30,664 bases of DNA from an uncultured Dehalococcoidales bacterium. Its GTDB lineage: Bacteria; Chloroflexota; Dehalococcoidia; GIF9; AB-539-J10. The translations under genes and the position numbers were made by a program. Under the pieces are notes generated by a model. The model searched no databases and had not been told where the DNA came from. It saw only the letters and a program-made list of their open reading frames with translations. Below, one piece after another: positions 25,423 through 30,664 of this stretch (positions within the stretch are counted from its first letter, which is position 1; every line of letters starts with the position of its first letter). The stretch covers positions 1 through 30,664 of the forward strand of contig CAYHBC010000004.1 of NCBI GenBank assembly GCA_964354775.1. Reading direction: 5' to 3'.

Positions 25423-26937
25423 ATGAGCGGTTATCTTATAGCTGGTGGTAGTAGAAAGAGCATGCCAGAGACAGCCCGGAAGTTTGAGCTTCTTTTCAAT
25501 CCCCGCTCGCTTACCTTAATTGGAGCCTCGGCGAACCTCTACAAGTGGGGGTCGGTTATTCTGTCCCATATCATCAGCGGGGGCTTTGGGGGCAAAATTT
25601 ATCCCGTAAACCCCCGGGAGAAGGAAATCCAGGGACTAACGGCATATCCCGGCGTTGAGGCACTGCCGGAGGTCCCCGACCTTGCGGTGGTGGTGACTCC
25701 TCCCTCCAGCGTTCCCGCGGTGCTGGAGGACTGCGGCAAGAAGGGAATCAAGGCTGGAGTCATCGTTACCGCCGGCTTTGCTGAAGCGGGAGTTGACGGG
25801 GAGAAGCTGGAGCAGGAGATGGTCCGCATCGCCCGCAGGGAGGGCATGGTCCTGGTGGGACCCAACTGCTTCGGCATCATCAGCACCGGCTGCAAGCTGT
25901 TCAGCATTATGCCGCCGCTATTCCCCCTGCCCGGTCCCTTCGCCATAGTCTCCCAGAGCGGCAATGTTGCCAGCTCCATCGCCAGCAAGCTCATCTCTAA
26001 AGACCTCGGCATCAGCAAGCTTATCAGCAGCGGCAATGAAGCCGACCTGCACTGCGAAGACTACCTGGAGTATTTAGCCGGGGACAAGGACACCAAAATT
26101 ATATTGAGCTATATTGAAGGATTCAGGGACGGGAGGAGATTTCTCGAGGTGGCTAAAAGGATTACCCCGATAAAGCCCATCGTCATGCTCAAAGCGGGAT
26201 ATACCGCTGCTGGGGCTAGAGCGGCTAAATCGCACACCGCTTCCTTAGCCGGCTCCGATGCCGTCTTCGCCTCCGCCTGCAAGCAGGCGGGAATTATCCG
26301 GGTTCGGGACATGGACGAGCTGTTCAATGTCGGCACTGCCCTTCTCTGCCTGCCTTTGCCCCGGGGAAAGAGAGTGGCAATACTGACTGCCGGCGGGGGG
26401 TGGGGAGTTCTCGGCGCCGATGCCTGCGCCGCCGCCGGGCTCAATGTAGTCCCGCTCCCCCAGGAGACTATGACCGAACTGAATGCCCTCCTGCCCCACT
26501 GGTGGAGCCACGGCAATCCCGTAGACCTGGTAGCCGGCGTCTTCCAGGAGAATGTGATGAAAACCGTCGAGGTCCTCCTCCGCTGCACCGCCATTGACAG
26601 CCTGATGCTGCTGAACCTGGTCCCGGCGCTCCCCCAGAGTATCGTGCTCGTATCCGACAAAAGCTCTCTCTCCGGGGAAGAGGTCAGGACATTTGACGAC
26701 GCCCTGAGCGAGGTCCTTGCCCGCCTGGCAGCTATGGTTAAGGAGCACCATAAGCCAATTATACTTGCCTGGGAGTTCGGCTTCGAGCTTATCGATGCCC
26801 GGCTGAGGGAGGTAGCCTATCAAAAGGGGATTCCCTGCTATCCCCTGCCCGACCATGCCACGGCGGTCCTTTCCAGCTTAGCCCGGTACGCCGAATACCG
26901 GGCTAATTTAAACTCCGCCTCTTCGCCTCAGGCGTAG
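25423..26937 (+). CDS. Acetate/acyl-CoA ligase (ADP-forming) alpha-subunit-like protein (CoA-binding + ligase domains, no ATP-grasp)
   Basis: LFNPRS..IGAS, YPVNP, VPDLAVV, GFAEAG, VGPNCFG, SQSG, GNEADL, YIEG, phospho-His KSHTASLAG, NPVDL. Start is either ATG 25423 (GGAGG SD) or ATG 25462. Confidence 0.88.
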   Translation: MSGYLIAGGSRKSMPETARKFELLFNPRSLTLIGASANLYKWGSVILSHIISGGFGGKIYPVNPREKEIQGLTAYPGVEALPEVPDLAVVVTPPSSVPAVLEDCGKKGIKAGVIVTAGFAEAGVDGEKLEQEMVRIARREGMVLVGPNCFGIISTGCKLFSIMPPLFPLPGPFAIVSQSGNVASSIASKLISKDLGISKLISSGNEADLHCEDYLEYLAGDKDTKIILSYIEGFRDGRRFLEVAKRITPIKPIVMLKAGYTAAGARAAKSHTASLAGSDAVFASACKQAGIIRVRDMDELFNVGTALLCLPLPRGKRVAILTAGGGWGVLGADACAAAGLNVVPLPQETMTELNALLPHWWSHGNPVDLVAGVFQENVMKTVEVLLRCTAIDSLMLLNLVPALPQSIVLVSDKSSLSGEEVRTFDDALSEVLARLAAMVKEHHKPIILAWEFGFELIDARLREVAYQKGIPCYPLPDHATAVLSSLARYAEYRANLNSASSPQA

Positions 26938-29264
26938 AGGTCAACGGGCTTGATGAGCTTTTTCTTGCCGTCATACTCCACCCGGTATACCTGGAGGTCG
27001 TCGGCAAATCCCTGGACCCAGCCGTGGAGGGGAAAGTCATCGGTCTCTTTTATTGAGAGGATATACTGGACATCGTAGTCAGCGGCAAGCTCCTTGACAA
27101 GGGAAATAAAACACCGCAGGTGTTTCTTATCCAGGTTATTCGCCGTCTCGTCGATAATAACCGGCAAGCCGAAATATCTTGCCAGGGCAGTCAGCGCCGC
27201 AAGACTGAAAAATGACCTCTCCGCCCCCGAGGGATGGGTTATCTCCCTGTCTTTATAGGCAATCCTCGCAAGCTGCAGGCTGTCTTCACCCATCTCAATG
27301 CCGGAGCCGACCAGGTCTTCCTCCCCGAGCCTGTTATTTATCTCCACGAAGATTTCCTTTATCTCCTGGATTACCTCGTGCTCATCAAAGGCGTTGTCCA
27401 GTATGGCATCAAGGGTCTTCTCAATCCCGCCGGCTATCGCCGGGACATACTTTAAATCGGTGTATTCAGCGTCGTTGTTCTGCCACACAACCCTTTTCTC
27501 CTCGGTCAGCTCCGTCCAGACGCTTCTATAGCGGGGTAAGCCTTTCTCCATCTCGGCAAGCCTCTTGAGGAGAAGGTCTATCTCGGCGGTATTAAACTCC
27601 CCTGCCGGCAGACCCACCGAGCTTACTTTCCGGCTAAGCTCCTCCCGGTAATCCTGCTTCTTGCTCTCCAGGACCTCTTTTACCGCTTCAAGGAAGGGCG
27701 GTATATCGCCTTCGTTTTCCAGCAGGGGCATCTCTACATCCTCACCGGCAAATAAACGGAGCTGTTTGCCGATTTCGCTCACCAGGTCGGAGATTTTCTC
27801 TTTCTCCCGCTGTCCATTCCTGGTCAGCGTGTCGCTATATCCGCTGAGGTCGCTCAAGAGGGGGGTAAACTCGTTCTTGAAGAAGCTTTCCGCCCGGTCC
27901 CGGTCCTCGCAGATAAGCTTCAGGTTGGCTATTTTCTTACCCAGAGAGCGGGCATATTTCTTTTTCTGCTCCTCTGAGGCATCGGGGATAGGCTCGGGGC
28001 TCAGCCGGGTAAACGCCGGGTCGTCGTCCATCAGCTTCAGGGGAACAAGGGCGTGCACCGATTCCTCGCTGTTTGCTTGCGGCTCCGCCCCGGAAATCTT
28101 GACCAGAAAGGCTTTGACCCTGAGGGCATCAGGGGTAACAACCTCCCGGGTCAACAGCCTCAGCACCTTCTCCCTGTCGGCTTTAATTTTCGCCGGGTTA
28201 TCCACCTTGAGGTCAATGTTCTCCTCCGAAGCCAGGGAGAGAGCCTGGGAATAGCGCCTCTGGGCGTCTTTAAGCCTGAGGTAGATTTCCTCCGCCGCTT
28301 TAGCCAGCCCGGCATCGTAAAACCCGCCCGGCTCCGGCGGCAGGGGACTGCCCAGCCGGGCTTCCTTCAACCCGCCCACAAGCTGCCCCAACCGCTCCCG
28401 GTCCTCTGAGCTCTCCGCCATCCTCCGGAAGCTCCCGGCAATCAGTTGATGGCTGCCCTCAAGCAGCTTCTGGACGGCATCGGCATCCCTGGCCCGTTTT
28501 CCCATTTCCCCCAGCCATTCCTTCAACTCGCCTTTACCGATGCTGTCAATATACCTCTTCAGCTCCTCGGCGGCGCAACTTATCTTGCCTGACGTCCTGC
28601 CCGGCTCATAGGTCTCAAAGTCGCCCAGGCTAACTGCCACACCCTTCAGCTCGCTCTTCAGGTGAGCCACCAGGGAGCGATAGTCCCTCTCTATGGCGGT
28701 AAGCCGGGCTGAAGCCTCCTCGCTCAGCTTCTTGAGCCGCCCCTGGAAGTCCCGGGTCAGCACCTTGGCGTTGCCGATTTCCTTGAACAGCTCCCGGATG
28801 ACGGCATCAATGTTTTTCTCGGTGAGATGGTTAAAGCCCATGGCGCTGTCGGGGGCGAAAAGGGCATCGAGCAGCCCCGCCCTCAGTTCCTTATTCAGAG
28901 TCTTGACGAAATCAAGCTCCCGGAGCCCCCCCGCCTCCCGGCTCAGAATCCTGTTGTTATCCCGGTAGCGGTCGATTTCCCTCCGGATTTCAAACTGCCT
29001 CCCATTATGCTCAAACTCCACCGTTATTTTCCCCACGCCCTCCGGAGGAGCTATCTCTTTCCCCGTTACCAGCTTTAATTCATCGTATCCCGACCTCGCC
29101 CCTCCCCGGAATACCTTGCTCAGAAAGGCATACCGCAGGGCATGGATGATGTTGGACTTGCCTGACTTGTTCTCGCCGTAAATAACCACCGTCTTCCCCG
29201 GCGGGAAGTCAATGGAGCCCTCCAGCTCCATCACCTTTTCAAAAGCGACCCTGCCTAGCTTCAC
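26928..29264 (-). CDS. Rad50/SbcC-like SMC-family ATPase (778 aa), atypical, no CxxC zinc hook
   Basis: Walker A GENKSGKS, long helical middle, signature variant PSGAE, Walker B/D-loop IIDETANNLD; GTG start abuts the nuclease stop codon. Confidence 0.85.
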   Translation of the reverse strand: MKLGRVAFEKVMELEGSIDFPPGKTVVIYGENKSGKSNIIHALRYAFLSKVFRGGARSGYDELKLVTGKEIAPPEGVGKITVEFEHNGRQFEIRREIDRYRDNNRILSREAGGLRELDFVKTLNKELRAGLLDALFAPDSAMGFNHLTEKNIDAVIRELFKEIGNAKVLTRDFQGRLKKLSEEASARLTAIERDYRSLVAHLKSELKGVAVSLGDFETYEPGRTSGKISCAAEELKRYIDSIGKGELKEWLGEMGKRARDADAVQKLLEGSHQLIAGSFRRMAESSEDRERLGQLVGGLKEARLGSPLPPEPGGFYDAGLAKAAEEIYLRLKDAQRRYSQALSLASEENIDLKVDNPAKIKADREKVLRLLTREVVTPDALRVKAFLVKISGAEPQANSEESVHALVPLKLMDDDPAFTRLSPEPIPDASEEQKKKYARSLGKKIANLKLICEDRDRAESFFKNEFTPLLSDLSGYSDTLTRNGQREKEKISDLVSEIGKQLRLFAGEDVEMPLLENEGDIPPFLEAVKEVLESKKQDYREELSRKVSSVGLPAGEFNTAEIDLLLKRLAEMEKGLPRYRSVWTELTEEKRVVWQNNDAEYTDLKYVPAIAGGIEKTLDAILDNAFDEHEVIQEIKEIFVEINNRLGEEDLVGSGIEMGEDSLQLARIAYKDREITHPSGAERSFFSLAALTALARYFGLPVIIDETANNLDKKHLRCFISLVKELAADYDVQYILSIKETDDFPLHGWVQGFADDLQVYRVEYDGKKKLIKPVDLYA

Positions 29265-30545
29265 CTATCTCCTTTTCCACAGGGGGTCGATTGTGCCCAG
29301 AAATTTGCCCAGGCGCTCCTTGGGCACGCCGTAGTGCGGAGAGGCGAGCTCAAGAAGCCGCTGAAACAGGAGCCTCCCCAGGCTACCGTCCGCCCTGCGG
29401 GACAGATTATCGCCGGTAAAGAGCTCCCCGAAAAGCTTTTGCGCCAGCTCCTTTTCCCTCTCGGGCAGGGAGGTCAGCACCCGTGCCTCCAGCTCGGAGA
29501 GAGTTATCATCTTGTCCAGCCCCTTCAGCTCCACGGGTTTCTTCCCCCCTTTCTTCGCCTTGATGTCTATCTCCATGGTGTTTATCTCGGAATACTTGTT
29601 GATTTCCTTTTTCAGCGTGTCCTCAAAGCTAACCCCCCGGGCGGAAATCCACACCCAGAGGTTGTCCCGGTCCTCCCGCTCCATCAGCCGGGAATAGACC
29701 TCGTTAATCCCGGTAACCACCTCGCTCGGCGTGCTGCCCTCAACCTGGATGTTGACTATGCTCTGGAGGGGACTATACCTCTTAAACGAAATCTCGTCGC
29801 CCTCCAGGAGGAGGTATCCGAAGGGGGAGTCCTTCACCCGGGGCTTCTCCAGGTCGCCGGGCCAGCGATATTCCACGGTGAAGTTACCCTTCAGCTCCCG
29901 TGACGGAATCAGCGCCGGCAGGGAATAAAGGTTGGGGATATCCAGTGGAGCGCGGGCATAATGGTGCATGTGCCCGTTAAACACCAGGGAGAACCGCCGT
30001 CCCAGCTCCCGGAACGCCTCCTCCTCCAGCCCCGGCATCCCCCAGGGCAGCGTCTCGTGCATGATGAGTATTTCCCCGCCCCGGGGAAGCTCGTCCTGGG
30101 GGATTTTATAGCTGCCCTGGCGGTAGCGGGTCTCCATAAAATATACCCGCCGCTCGCCAATTCCCTCTTCTTTATCCCTGACGAAGTGAAATCCCTTCCC
30201 CAGGGAGTCCTGGAGCTCCTTCAGCACCGGGGCGGAGTCGTGGTTTCCCCTCAAGGCATAAACTCCATACCCGGCGCACTCTTTAAGCCGCCCCAGCTCG
30301 CAGCGAATATCGGGCCAGTATTTGGCAGCCTCGGAGTCGGCTATCCACTCTCCACCTTTTTCCCGCTCGTCAAACATATCCCCGGCGAGGATGACCGCCT
30401 CAGGCTCCTCGGCGATGACCTGGCTGACGACGCTGGTAAAATTCTGGAGCGCAGTCTCGCCCCGGGGAGAGCGGTGGTCTTCTTCCCTGAACCGCTCCGC
30501 CTGGATTAGAAGGTGGGCATCGCTGAGTATGGCTATTCGGGACAT
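29265..30545 (-). CDS. Mre11/SbcD-like metallophosphoesterase nuclease
   Basis: SDAHL, AGDMFD, GNHD, MHE, GHMH motifs; coupled to the SMC-type ATPase. Confidence 0.85.
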   Translation of the reverse strand: MSRIAILSDAHLLIQAERFREEDHRSPRGETALQNFTSVVSQVIAEEPEAVILAGDMFDEREKGGEWIADSEAAKYWPDIRCELGRLKECAGYGVYALRGNHDSAPVLKELQDSLGKGFHFVRDKEEGIGERRVYFMETRYRQGSYKIPQDELPRGGEILIMHETLPWGMPGLEEEAFRELGRRFSLVFNGHMHHYARAPLDIPNLYSLPALIPSRELKGNFTVEYRWPGDLEKPRVKDSPFGYLLLEGDEISFKRYSPLQSIVNIQVEGSTPSEVVTGINEVYSRLMEREDRDNLWVWISARGVSFEDTLKKEINKYSEINTMEIDIKAKKGGKKPVELKGLDKMITLSELEARVLTSLPEREKELAQKLFGELFTGDNLSRRADGSLGRLLFQRLLELASPHYGVPKERLGKFLGTIDPLWKRR

Positions 30546-30570
30546 CGGCTATTTCACCTTAATATACCAC

Positions 30571-30592
30571 AAAAAGGGCAATTTTTTTGCCC
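30571..30592 (-). terminator. Putative intrinsic terminator for an upstream minus-strand transcript
   Basis: Minus strand GGGCAA-AAAAA-TTGCCC hairpin followed by TTTTT; short stem. Confidence 0.4.
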
Positions 30593-30664
30593 CGGTCCCG
30601 GTAGCGCGGCAGCCCCTTTGCGTAACGGGGGGAGTTGGGCTAAAATATACGGGATAGTGCGGGA

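Noticed and set aside
30593-30664. Possible hairpin (CCCC...GGGG) and plus-strand -10 box (TAAAAT) at the window end
   Set aside because: The context is truncated, and no gene or RNA can be identified from 70 bp.

Overview
Bacterial chromosomal window, most likely Chloroflexota/Dehalococcoidia. This is inferred from gene style and content (truA between rplQ and rplM, SecY/SecD/SecF sequences) and cannot be confirmed without a search. 1-9076 is the distal spc/alpha ribosomal superoperon (rplF' rplR rpsE rplO secY adk map infA rpmJ rpsM rpsK rpsD rpoA rplQ truA rplM rpsI), with no rpmD. Between rpsI and a tRNA-Ile(GAT) lies the most unusual block. It has an archaeal CetZ-like tubulin/FtsZ-superfamily gene with its own promoter, convergent with a two-gene operon. 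That operon encodes a 758-aa soluble helical protein built from about 23 copies of a 25-residue repeat plus a poly-Glu tail, and a 168-aa 11/22-residue-repeat protein. Together these are a candidate cytoskeletal or cell-shape module. Next come oadG-oadB without an alpha subunit, recX-recA, two SAM methyltransferases with a GT4 glycosyltransferase, a tRNA nucleotidyltransferase with CC-adding-type hallmarks, secD-secF-hemW, and a 77-bp palindromic REP/RPE-like element. The window ends with an HDAC-family deacetylase divergent from an alpha-only ADP-forming acyl-CoA ligase and an atypical Mre11/SbcD + Rad50/SbcC pair lacking a zinc hook. Several sigma70-type promoters sit only 8-10 nt upstream of start codons, suggesting leaderless or near-leaderless mRNAs. 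All family assignments are by-eye motif recognition; no database search was run.
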